Shown here piece after piece: positions 15,980-24,409 of a DNA stretch of 61,090 bases (its first letter is position 1; the number at the start of each line of letters is the position of its first letter). The position numbers and the translations under genes were made by a program. The notes under the pieces are model-generated. The model was given only the letters and a program-made list of their open reading frames with translations, searched no databases and had not been told where the DNA came from. The DNA comes from a virus (Duplodnaviria; Caudoviricetes), in the IMG/VR virus record IMGVR_UViG_3300024232_000010, positions 1 through 61,090 of that record; one strand, written 5' to 3'.

Positions 15980-17656
15980 TCATTTCACTGACGAAACGCT
16001 ATCACGCGCCCGTGTCACCGACGATGAACTACCGCTCTTGATGGTCGACGTCTGCGACACCGAACCGTGGCCGGTGACACCATTCGCAGAGCTGTCCGTA
16101 TCGGTCACAGCCGCAGTGGCAGGGTTCTTGACGGTCACTGATGACGTAGAACGCGCAGTGACATGCGGCAGGACCGAGAATGCCTGAGCAGCGGCGACTT
16201 GACCCGCTGCGGTCGGGACCATCGCGGTCACCGCTGCGGCGTTCTTCGGCTGCGGTGAGCTGCCCGTAGCCGAAGCAGGCACAGCCAGGATGCCACGCGA
16301 AGTTGCTGGTGCCACACCCGATACGACAGCAACGACCGGGAAAACCGAAGCGGAAGCCGAGGGCTGCGGCACCGCACCCGTAGCCACCGCTGCCGGTGCG
16401 GTGATAACAAGTCCCGTCGTGAGCGACGGTGCTATCACAGTGCCCGCAGCGACGGGGATGCCGCTGAAAACCGAGATCGAAGCGGTAGCCTGCGGCGCAG
16501 AACCGGTTGCGAATGCTGGTTGCGCAACAGCCTGTACGCTCGCAGCCGCTACAGCACCACCCGTAGCTACTGGCGCGACCAGTGATAGCGAACGTGCAGC
16601 AACCGGAGCAGAAACAGCACCTGTAGCAGTGGGAGCGGCGGGTGCCGCTGATATCTGCGCGACCGGTGCCGGTGCTGTACCTGTCGCAGTGACAGCAGGC
16701 GCGTTGATGATCAGGCCAGTTGCCAGCGACGGTGCCGGTGCCGTGCCTGTGGCAACCGGGATGCCAGCTAGTACCTGCTCGGATATGACCGGCTGGGCGA
16801 CGTTGCCCGTAGCCATGGGTGCCCCGGCTTGCGGCTGGGCATTCGACAGCGGCGCGGGGGACGTGCCGGTAGCAGAAGCGGCTGGTGAGCTGAGAGCTTC
16901 AGAGGCTACTGGCTGAGACGCCGTGCCAGTGGCAGTCACGGCAGGCGCGCCGACGCCACGTGCAGGTGCCGGTGCGGAACCAGTGGCAGCAGGGATGCCA
17001 GGAATGAACGAAGGCGCTGGGACTGCCTGTGGCGCTGCGCCTGCGCCAACGGGGATACCGGCGTTGACCTGCTCGGATACGACCGGCTGCGGTGCGGTGC
17101 CCGTCGCTGTCGGGATACCAGCGTTGACAGTCAGCCCGCTGGTGATAGAAGGTGCGGTTACCGCGCCAGTAGCTACCGGCTCGCCTGGCAGCACCTGAAC
17201 GTTAGCGACAGCGGCGGCTTGACCGGTGGCAGCAGCCGCACCGGCGACAGCGCCAGGCGCGGCCACCGGTGCAGGCGCAGTTCCTGTAGCTACAGGAACG
17301 GATGCGGCAGCACTGCGCTGAGCTACAGGCTGCGGTGCTGCCCCTGTAGCGGTGGGTATCCCCGCGAAAACCGTGACCGCTACACCCGGCTGCGGGGCTG
17401 TGCCTGTCGCAACCGGTATGCCAGCTGTGACGCTTACCCCAGTCGGGACTTGCGCCGGCAAGGTGGGCGGCGGGGGCCATGCCGGTTGAGGGGAGAATCC
17501 CAGCAGCGGGTTGACCGATGCCATCGGGACCGACATCGGGAGCACCGGGCTGTACGTTCTCAGGTCCGGGAACTGCGTGGGTGTCCCGCCGCCGGACAAG
17601 GGCTGCTGCTTGCGGCGGTACCTGCGCTGGTAGGACGGCCCGCCGCGCTGGGTCAT
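15980..17656 (-). CDS. Ala/Thr/Pro-rich repeat protein (putative virion fibre), probably the 3' part of a gene starting at 18318
   Basis: About twenty imperfect ~22-aa repeats of the form VxAGIPxATGxAPxP. Confidence 0.75.
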   Translation of the reverse strand: MTQRGGPSYQRRYRRKQQPLSGGGTPTQFPDLRTYSPVLPMSVPMASVNPLLGFSPQPAWPPPPTLPAQVPTGVSVTAGIPVATGTAPQPGVAVTVFAGIPTATGAAPQPVAQRSAAASVPVATGTAPAPVAAPGAVAGAAAATGQAAAVANVQVLPGEPVATGAVTAPSITSGLTVNAGIPTATGTAPQPVVSEQVNAGIPVGAGAAPQAVPAPSFIPGIPAATGSAPAPARGVGAPAVTATGTASQPVASEALSSPAASATGTSPAPLSNAQPQAGAPMATGNVAQPVISEQVLAGIPVATGTAPAPSLATGLIINAPAVTATGTAPAPVAQISAAPAAPTATGAVSAPVAARSLSLVAPVATGGAVAAASVQAVAQPAFATGSAPQATASISVFSGIPVAAGTVIAPSLTTGLVITAPAAVATGAVPQPSASASVFPVVAVVSGVAPATSRGILAVPASATGSSPQPKNAAAVTAMVPTAAGQVAAAQAFSVLPHVTARSTSSVTVKNPATAAVTDTDSSANGVTGHGSVSQTSTIKSGSSSSVTRARDSVSSVK

Positions 17657-17691
17657 GGGCTGCGGGGTGAGAGCGGCGGCCTGGGCCAGGG

Positions 17692-18318
17692 CTACCGTTG
17701 CGCCGCCGAGGTGCCCGCCGTGCCCAGCGTCCAGGTCGAGGCGTAGGTCAGGGCACCGCTGGCCGACAGGACGAAACCGATGGCGGTCGACGCCCCGGCG
17801 GTCCCGGATGAGCCGGCTGTGAACGGGGAACCGGGGGTCAGCGTCCCGGCCCCGGTCTCGCAGAAGGTGAGCACCAGGTCCCCGGATACCGGGGCCGCCC
17901 CGAGGGCGGGGGAAGCGCTGGTCGAGGCGGATGCATTCGAGGACCCGACAGCGGCCTGGGAGACCGACCCGGACAGGCCCCGGAACACGTCCAGGGAGAA
18001 CTCGGTGTTAGCCGCGCCCGTGTACCCGGTGCAGGTAACTACCGTGCCGTCCGCGATGGCGACCGGGGTCTGGAAGATGAAGGTCTGCATCCACCGCGAC
18101 GACGCCGAGCCCAGCTCGGTCTCCAGGATCGTCGTGTATGGCGTGCCGTTAACCGCGTCCTGGACGGAGATGCCGTTGGTCACGTGGCCGGTCTGCGAAC
18201 CGGCGCAGACGACGATGACGTCGCCCGCCTGGATGCCGGTGCCGGCCGGGATCGTCGCCGTGCAGGAGGACGCTGCGGCCCCGCCGCTGATGCTCGCGGA
18301 GTTGACCCGTGTCACCAC
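17692..18318 (-). CDS. Ser/Thr/Gly-rich beta-domain structural protein (N-terminal part of a possibly split gene)
   Basis: 'GIQAGDVIVVCAG...SGDLVL' motifs. The -1 frame continues open into the 15980 ORF. Confidence 0.65.
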   Translation of the reverse strand: MVTRVNSASISGGAAASSCTATIPAGTGIQAGDVIVVCAGSQTGHVTNGISVQDAVNGTPYTTILETELGSASSRWMQTFIFQTPVAIADGTVVTCTGYTGAANTEFSLDVFRGLSGSVSQAAVGSSNASASTSASPALGAAPVSGDLVLTFCETGAGTLTPGSPFTAGSSGTAGASTAIGFVLSASGALTYASTWTLGTAGTSAAQR

Positions 18319-18364
18319 GGCCGGTCACCTCCTAGTCAGGCTGCGCGGCGGCTCCCCTCCGCTG

Positions 18365-18940
18365 TCAGTTCTCGCCGTACAGCTTCACGTACTGGGTGGT
18401 GATCGTGTTGCCGGCCGTGGCCGCTCCGAGGGTCAGGTACGGCCATAGGTAGTATTCCTGGTCGGACTGCCAGTTAGTCACCGTGTTGCCGGACCCGGCG
18501 GGGGCGAGCTGGAGATTGGTAGACCACTGGTTCGAGTCGATCGCGCCGTGCGTGACTACGGTTGACGCGTTACCCAGGCCGATCGACCGAAGACCGATCT
18601 CGCATTCCATCTTCCAGGTCCCGGTACCCGCTGTTGGGGTGACCGTGTTGGAGATGGTGGCTAGCGGTGCTGCGGCCGAGAACGCCGGCGGGGTGGCGAA
18701 CGCTGTGAACGCCAGCCCGAAGGAGAACGTAGGAACGGTGGCGGTCGCTGTGACGAAACCGCCCAGCTTGAGCTTGAGAGAGCTGGAACGCTTGCCCAGC
18801 GCTGACATGTACCCAGCCGGGACAACGATTTCTGGTGTGCCCGCCGTGATCGAAACCGCCGACGCGGAAGGTGTGGTCGTGGTGGCTGCACCGTAATACG
18901 AATGCAGCAGCTCGACCTGCGTCATCGTGATGCCGGACAT
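18365..18940 (-). CDS. Putative structural protein, paralog A
   Basis: Beta-rich; aligns by eye with 18950..19510. AGGAGG RBS. Confidence 0.65.
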   Translation of the reverse strand: MSGITMTQVELLHSYYGAATTTTPSASAVSITAGTPEIVVPAGYMSALGKRSSSLKLKLGGFVTATATVPTFSFGLAFTAFATPPAFSAAAPLATISNTVTPTAGTGTWKMECEIGLRSIGLGNASTVVTHGAIDSNQWSTNLQLAPAGSGNTVTNWQSDQEYYLWPYLTLGAATAGNTITTQYVKLYGEN

Positions 18941-18949
18941 GACCGCCTC

Positions 18950-19510
18950 CTATCCGCTTATGTTCATCGAGATGTGCTGGCAGGTCACGGACGGGGTACC
19001 GGTCGTGGAGGACAGGGTGACGCCGAGCATCAGCAGGACCGGGTTGAGGAAGTTGACCGCGACGACACGGCCGGCTGCCGTGACAGGCATGGGGAAGTTC
19101 GCCATGTCGGCGGCCAGGCCGGTGTTACCACCCCAGCTGACCTGCCCCTGCCCGACTACGGAACCGGTGGAGCCGATTCCCCGGACTTCACCTTCCCAGT
19201 CCACGATCCATGGCCATGACACAGCCGAGGCGCTGACCGCCATCGCGGGCGAGATTGCCAGCACCACCGCCGAACCGATGGAACCCTGCGTGCCCAGGTA
19301 CAGTCCGAGGGTGCAGGTCGGGGTTGCTGAGGTGGACGTGATGTTGCCGAAGGCGTTGATCCGGATGTTAGTCCCGGGGACCGGGGATACCGCGCCGAGG
19401 TTGCGCAGCGGCAGCGGGCTCGCGTCGGTCAGCGAAGCCGCCGTGGCCGCCGGGCCGTCGCTGAAAGCCATCGGCGGGACGGGTGCGCACCAGTACTGGC
19501 CTGCGGGCAT
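18950..19510 (-). CDS. Putative structural protein, paralog B
   Basis: IRINAFGNITSTSATPTCTLGLY compared with LKLKLGGFVTATATVPTFSFGLA in paralog A. Confidence 0.65.
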   Translation of the reverse strand: MPAGQYWCAPVPPMAFSDGPAATAASLTDASPLPLRNLGAVSPVPGTNIRINAFGNITSTSATPTCTLGLYLGTQGSIGSAVVLAISPAMAVSASAVSWPWIVDWEGEVRGIGSTGSVVGQGQVSWGGNTGLAADMANFPMPVTAAGRVVAVNFLNPVLLMLGVTLSSTTGTPSVTCQHISMNISG

Positions 19511-19836
19511 AACTCGCTCCCCTCCGGTGCCGGGCCGGTGCTAACTTCCTGAGCCACGGTGACCAGGACCGGCAGGGTAATACCGCGAGCCTGGCACTGG
19601 CCGTCGATGAACTGCTGGAAAAGCGCTAGGTCCTGCCAGTGCGTGTGAACCGGCAGCACGATCAGGAGCACCTCGCCGGGCTCCACGATCAGGGCACTGG
19701 CCTGTGGGGTTTCTGCCTGGTGGCCGCGCGCCCGGTTCAGGTGCTCGGTGAAGTCGGTTGCCAGGTCAGCGAACATTTCAGCCATCTCGGCCATCGAGCG
19801 GCGCGGCGTGACGCGCCCGTCAGGGATTCCTGTCAC
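19429..19836 (-). CDS. Hypothetical protein
   Basis: GTGA-coupled to the upstream gene; 'LIVEPGEVLLI' motif. Confidence 0.5.
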   Translation of the reverse strand: MTGIPDGRVTPRRSMAEMAEMFADLATDFTEHLNRARGHQAETPQASALIVEPGEVLLIVLPVHTHWQDLALFQQFIDGQCQARGITLPVLVTVAQEVSTGPAPEGSELCPQASTGAHPSRRWLSATARRPRRLR

Positions 19837-21662
19837 TGGAATTTCAGCCCCATCATCGGGATGTTATCGGCTGCTACCGCGCCAGACGGGAACCGGCCGC
19901 CCATCGCGGCGGTGCCCTGCCCGGACAGGTACCAGCCGACCGCGTTGGGTGAGCTGGCCAGCGTGGTGGGGCTCGCGCCGCCACCGCCCGTGGGCAGCAG
20001 GTTCGGCATGTACGGGCACGGGCCTTTGAGAGTGCGGATCGCGGTGGACGTGCCGGCCGTGACGAACTTGACCACCAGCCAGTACAAGCCGGGGTCGGGG
20101 GACCAGTTGAGGAATCCGTTGCTGCCGTTGCTGTTCGTGGAGGTGAACACGGCAGCCCCGGTGGTGATAGCCAGCGCGGTCCCGTTGGCCGGGTTCTGGT
20201 GGATGTACTGCGGGTAGCCGGCGTACTGGCGGTCGTCGTAGATGTTGAAGAACACCGTGGGGGCGACTGTGCCAGCCGTGGACTCCATCACCCAGTTGGT
20301 CACGACCGAGATGCCGGGGCAGACGTAGAATGGGAGCGCGAACGTGTCGCCTACTGCGATGGCGTTGCCGCCCGCCCCGTACGGGGTGCCGTTGGCTCCG
20401 CCGGCTGCCTCGGCGGTGTAGACGCGGGCAGACACAAGCGGGCGCACCGCCGGCGCCGAGGCCGGGCCGGGCGTGATCATCGAGGCGGTCGGCGTGTAGG
20501 TGTTGTTCGGCGTGCAGTTCAGTAGCGCCGACACCACCGCCGAGGCGCAGCGGACCGCGCCCCGCTCGTTCGGGTGCAGCCCGTCGAAGCAGAACGCGTT
20601 GACGTCTTTGGCCAGCGCCCCGTCCAGGTCGGCTACCTGGACCATGCCGTCGAACTCGGCAACCAGCGGGGCCAGGTAGGTGTTGAACACCTCCACGTCG
20701 GCGTCCCCGATGCCGGTCGGGTACCCGGCGTAGCCGTTGGGGCTGCTCATCAGCCGGGCTGTGTTGCACACGATGACCGGCGGCGGTTCCTTGGCTTCCA
20801 GCCACCACGAGTCGAAGTAGGCGAACGTGCCGCCCGGATCGACGGTGGTGTAGGTGATGATGATGGTCTGGCCGGCGGCCGAGGCGGGCAGGCCCACCAG
20901 CCGCTTGCATACCGGGGTGTAGGTCAGGGTAGCGGCGGGCTGGATGGCCGCCGTGTTGAACGTGGTGCCGGAGTAGGCGGTGCCGGTCAGCGCGGTGCCG
21001 GTCAGGGTGATCACGTTGGCCGTGGGCGAGCCGGCCGCGCCGGTCGGCTGGGACACGAAGCACAGCGCGATCGTCTCCCCGGCGAAATCGGACGGCAGGG
21101 TGATCGTGATCGTGGACCCGGCCGTGGACGCGAAGTAATTGCCCGGCCCGGTGCACCGTGCTGACGGGGAGGCGTTGAACGCCCACCCGGAATAGGCGAT
21201 CGACCCGCAACCGGACCACCCGGACTTCTGGGACGCGCCGAGGGTGGAGATCCGGCAGCGGGAGATGGCGAACCGCAGCGAGTGGGCGTACGCCTGGTTC
21301 TCCTGGACGGTGTTCCCGTTGTAGCCGACGTCGTTGATGCCGTACCCCAGCAGGAACGCCCCGCCGGTCCCGCCCATCCCGGAGATCGTGTACGGCGCGG
21401 TGTAGTTGATGTTCCCGCCGGCCTGCGGACCGGTGACGAGCTGCATGATCCGCCCGAACCCGGCGTCACCCTCGACGGAAAGCCTTACCCCGGCGGCGGC
21501 GTGACCCTGGTAGTTCGTGCCGACCTGCACGTCTAGCATCGACCGCAGGTAACCGTCCGCCCGTCCCATCTGCGACCGGGTACCGAACGCGAGCTGCCAG
21601 TAACTGTGACCGAAGACAGTCCAGTAGAAAGGCGAGTTAGGTGCGAAGCTGGTCTGCGGCAT
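19833..21662 (-). CDS. SGNH/GDSL esterase-domain protein, putatively virion-associated
   Basis: Block I FGHSY, block III GINDVG, block V DGLHPN. Confidence 0.7.
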   Translation of the reverse strand: MPQTSFAPNSPFYWTVFGHSYWQLAFGTRSQMGRADGYLRSMLDVQVGTNYQGHAAAGVRLSVEGDAGFGRIMQLVTGPQAGGNINYTAPYTISGMGGTGGAFLLGYGINDVGYNGNTVQENQAYAHSLRFAISRCRISTLGASQKSGWSGCGSIAYSGWAFNASPSARCTGPGNYFASTAGSTITITLPSDFAGETIALCFVSQPTGAAGSPTANVITLTGTALTGTAYSGTTFNTAAIQPAATLTYTPVCKRLVGLPASAAGQTIIITYTTVDPGGTFAYFDSWWLEAKEPPPVIVCNTARLMSSPNGYAGYPTGIGDADVEVFNTYLAPLVAEFDGMVQVADLDGALAKDVNAFCFDGLHPNERGAVRCASAVVSALLNCTPNNTYTPTASMITPGPASAPAVRPLVSARVYTAEAAGGANGTPYGAGGNAIAVGDTFALPFYVCPGISVVTNWVMESTAGTVAPTVFFNIYDDRQYAGYPQYIHQNPANGTALAITTGAAVFTSTNSNGSNGFLNWSPDPGLYWLVVKFVTAGTSTAIRTLKGPCPYMPNLLPTGGGGASPTTLASSPNAVGWYLSGQGTAAMGGRFPSGAVAADNIPMMGLKFQ

Positions 21663-22165
21663 TACACCGTGAACCGGAACACGCCGGTGGCGTCCCAGAT
21701 GATCGTCAGGTTACCAGCCGTGACGGTCTGCGTACCGCCGTAGTAGTGGAAGCACAGGCCCTGCTTCGCGACGGTACCGGCGGAAATCGTGTTGTCGTAG
21801 GTCAGGTCACCGAAGAAAGCCGCAAGGGTCACGTTTGCCACCGACACGTCAGCGGCGTCGAAAGATACCCCGATGTTGCCGCCGAGGTCAGCGGTGTACG
21901 TCTTGGTGCCGAGGGTCTGCCCGCCAGCAGCCCAGTTGGTTCCCGTGATCTCGGAGCCTGTCACCCACGTACCGGTGTTGTAGCCGGTGCTGCCCACAGC
22001 AGCGTCGCGGTCTGGGGTGACGCCAGATCCGAACAGGGCCACCAAGATCGCGTCAGCGGAAAGTCCGTTCGCGCCGTAGCCCGTCGGCTCGGTCGTCGAC
22101 CAGGCCGAGGCGGTGATGGGGTTCAGCACTGCCTGGGTGAAGATCCGGCTGTCAGTCCAGGCCAT
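21662..22165 (-). CDS. Putative structural protein, duplicate 1
   Basis: MAWTDSRIF..., strongly similar to 22591..23115. Confidence 0.75.
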   Translation of the reverse strand: MAWTDSRIFTQAVLNPITASAWSTTEPTGYGANGLSADAILVALFGSGVTPDRDAAVGSTGYNTGTWVTGSEITGTNWAAGGQTLGTKTYTADLGGNIGVSFDAADVSVANVTLAAFFGDLTYDNTISAGTVAKQGLCFHYYGGTQTVTAGNLTIIWDATGVFRFTV

Positions 22166-22274
22166 CGCCCGCCTCCTTCAGGTCCTCTGGGATCTCGTTC
22201 TTGATGGGCGCGGCAGCGGTCGCTGCGGCGCATGGCGCTTGGATCACCAGGTCTTCACCCGGTACGTCGCTCAC
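22152..22274 (-). CDS. 40-aa acidic micro-ORF
   Basis: MSDVPGEDLVIQAPCAAATAAAP...GDGLD; GTGA-coupled. Confidence 0.5.
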   Translation of the reverse strand: MSDVPGEDLVIQAPCAAATAAAPIKNEIPEDLKEAGDGLD

Positions 22275-22594
22275 AGGTACCCCCTCGCTACGGGTGAGAA
22301 CACTGCCAGGTCGGTGTGACCGTCAGCATGCTCGGTGGTCACGTTCATGTAAGGCTTGCCGTCGTCACCGGTCTTCTGGACCTCGTCCCCCAGGTAGTCC
22401 TGCCGTTCGTTCGCGACCAGCTTGCAGTCCGAACCGGCCAGGACCATGGGAGCGGTCAGCATGTGCAACCGGGGGCAGGTGTGCATCCGCGCGGAGTTCG
22501 GCGGTAGCGGCGGGGTGCGTTCCTCCGCGCCGCACTCCGGGCAGTACCAGTCCTGGTATGCGACGAGAAGAGGAACGGTCATGTTCAGCCTCAC
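22271..22594 (-). CDS. Hypothetical protein with CxxC...HxC motif
   Basis: WYCPECG...MHTCP. Confidence 0.65.
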   Translation of the reverse strand: MRLNMTVPLLVAYQDWYCPECGAEERTPPLPPNSARMHTCPRLHMLTAPMVLAGSDCKLVANERQDYLGDEVQKTGDDGKPYMNVTTEHADGHTDLAVFSPVARGYL

Positions 22595-23115
22595 ACAGTG
22601 ACGTTGAAGATCGCTGAGACAGCACCACCGCCGGGTGTCGCCCAGACTATCGTGAAGGTCCCGGCGGAAACGGACTGGGCACCGCCGAAATAGTTGTAGC
22701 AGAGACCCTGCTTAGCGACGGTGCCGCCAGTGATCGTGTTGTCGTAGACGAGGCAGCCGAACACGTTCGACAAGGTGACGTTGCCGCCACCGGAAAGGTT
22801 CGCCGCGGAGAAGCAGACCGACGAGGAACCGGCGTCGATAGCGAACGTCTTCGACGCGAGAGCGCGGCCCCCGGAAACCCAGTTGGTCACGTCGGTGACC
22901 TCGTTGGTTGTCGTCCACGTGCCCGTGTTGAAACCCGTCGAGCCGACCGCGGCCGTACGGTCAGGTGTCACGCTGTTGTTGAACAATGCGACGTTGATCG
23001 TATCACCCGAAAGGCCCGTCGCACCGTAAGAGGTAGGTTCGGTGGTTGACCAGGCCGCAGCCAGTAGCGGGTTGAGTATCGCCTGCTGGAAGATACGGCT
23101 GTCAGTCCACGCCAC
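22591..23115 (-). CDS. Putative structural protein, duplicate 2
   Basis: MAWTDSRIF...NEVTDVTNWVSGG..LASKT...GTFTIVW. Confidence 0.75.
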   Translation of the reverse strand: MAWTDSRIFQQAILNPLLAAAWSTTEPTSYGATGLSGDTINVALFNNSVTPDRTAAVGSTGFNTGTWTTTNEVTDVTNWVSGGRALASKTFAIDAGSSSVCFSAANLSGGGNVTLSNVFGCLVYDNTITGGTVAKQGLCYNYFGGAQSVSAGTFTIVWATPGGGAVSAIFNVTV

Positions 23116-23260
23116 CGTCAGGGTCCTCGACTTCCACTTGGCCAGGTATCGCTGATGCGGAAGCCAGCCCAGCCTGGGCTACCACGTGCCGTACCGGCTC
23201 CTGGGTGGTGACAGGGTTCTCACCCACATCTCCGCCGTATTCGTGCTGCACCTCGGTCAT
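23102..23260 (-). CDS. 52-aa acidic micro-ORF
   Basis: MTEVQHEYGG...DGGVD; ATGA-coupled to the methyltransferase. Confidence 0.5.
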   Translation of the reverse strand: MTEVQHEYGGDVGENPVTTQEPVRHVVAQAGLASASAIPGQVEVEDPDGGVD

Positions 23261-23793
23261 AGCTTCAGCCACACCCCGCGGCGTCCCTCTTCCCAGTCAT
23301 CGGTGATGACCAGGAACTTATCCGAGGGCGGCTTGTTCTCCAGGTTCATGCAGATCACCACCGAACCCCGGCGCATCCGCGCGTACACCATGCGTTCCAG
23401 GTCACGCTGGGTTTCCCGGTCGCGGAACGGCCGGTTGAAGAATACGATGTCCGCCTTGTTGTAAGCCGGGTAGTCGAACGCGTCGCACACCACCGCGTCC
23501 AGGCCCAGCTCCCGGGCGGCCTCCACATACTCGGGTACCCGGTCAAAACCCGTCACGTCCAGCATGTCAGCCAGCGCGTCACGGGCCAGGAGCATCTTCG
23601 TTCCAGGGCCGCAGCCGATCTCCAGGAACTTCTCACCCGGAGCCTCGGCGACCGCCTCGATCAGCAGCACCAGGTACTGGGCAACATCCGAGGGCATCCA
23701 CGGCGTGTACAGCTGCGGGACTTCGACTTTCTTCTGCCACTTGCGCTCAACCTGCCGGACCGTGTCCAGCAGTTCGCGGATCTTCGCGGTCAC
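23257..23793 (-). CDS. Class I SAM-dependent methyltransferase
   Basis: FLEIGCGPG motif I, then GFD and CDAF. Confidence 0.85.
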   Translation of the reverse strand: MTAKIRELLDTVRQVERKWQKKVEVPQLYTPWMPSDVAQYLVLLIEAVAEAPGEKFLEIGCGPGTKMLLARDALADMLDVTGFDRVPEYVEAARELGLDAVVCDAFDYPAYNKADIVFFNRPFRDRETQRDLERMVYARMRRGSVVICMNLENKPPSDKFLVITDDWEEGRRGVWLKL

Positions 23794-24002
23794 TGGTCCT
23801 CGTCCCGCTTCTCAGCCTCCCGGATCGCATCCGGGCTGACCCGCCAGTCGAACGGCTCCTCGCCACCACGGGTTTCCTCGGTCAGCTTGCGGGCCTGATC
23901 AACGGTCAGGTGCTGCTCACCACGGCAGATAATCACCGGTACCGTGTCATCGCCCGGTTCGCGAGGCCCCGCCACGTAACCGCCCTTGGCGTACTGGTTC
24001 AC
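23790..24002 (-). CDS. Small protein carrying a tape-measure-like motif
   Basis: YAKGGYVAGPREPGDDTVPVIICRGE; GTGA-coupled. Confidence 0.55.
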   Translation of the reverse strand: MNQYAKGGYVAGPREPGDDTVPVIICRGEQHLTVDQARKLTEETRGGEEPFDWRVSPDAIREAEKRDEDQ

Positions 24003-24406
24003 AGCCGGGCCCCGTACTGCTCCATCATCTCCTGCTTCGTGGCCGAAGCGACCCACTCGTCGCTGGCCCCTTTCTGCCGGGCCCACTGGGCCCACTCGGC
24101 CTTGGAGGCAGCAGGGCGCGGCGGTCCGTACTGCACCTGCACCTGCGCAGAATCGGGTTCAGCCTCGGGAGCGGTCTCCTGCACAGGAGCGGCTTCCTCT
24201 GGCATAGCCTGCGCCTGCTCGGTCTCTGCCTCGGCAGCGCGCTCATCGTCGTCCCCGCCCGGCCAGGGGCGGGCGACCTGAGCGCGGTACAGGTCTTCCG
24301 CCTCTGCGGGGCTGACCTTCAGCGGCTTGTCGTGACCCACGTCAGGCCACTGGGTTCCGTCTGCGCGCCCACCGGTGATGTGAACGAGCATCTGAACATT
24401 CGTCAT
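23999..24406 (-). CDS. Hypothetical protein with a small C-terminal helical domain (possibly head-associated)
   Basis: P..AASKAEW..WA...ATKQEM pattern; GGAGGAG RBS. Confidence 0.6.
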   Translation of the reverse strand: MTNVQMLVHITGGRADGTQWPDVGHDKPLKVSPAEAEDLYRAQVARPWPGGDDDERAAEAETEQAQAMPEEAAPVQETAPEAEPDSAQVQVQYGPPRPAASKAEWAQWARQKGASDEWVASATKQEMMEQYGARL

Positions 24407-24409
24407 CGG

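Noticed and set aside
15980-17480. Possible CRISPR-like or DNA repeat array
   Set aside because: The repeats are degenerate at DNA level and conserved only as protein. There is no repeat-spacer structure and no cas genes.
19864-21219. 451-aa Arg/His-rich same-strand ORF
   Set aside because: Alternate frame of the SGNH gene, with composition typical of off-frame GC-rich sequence.
21662-23115. Possible diversity-generating retroelement template/variable repeat pair
   Set aside because: Both copies are full ORFs, the differences are not adenine-specific, and no reverse transcriptase was seen.
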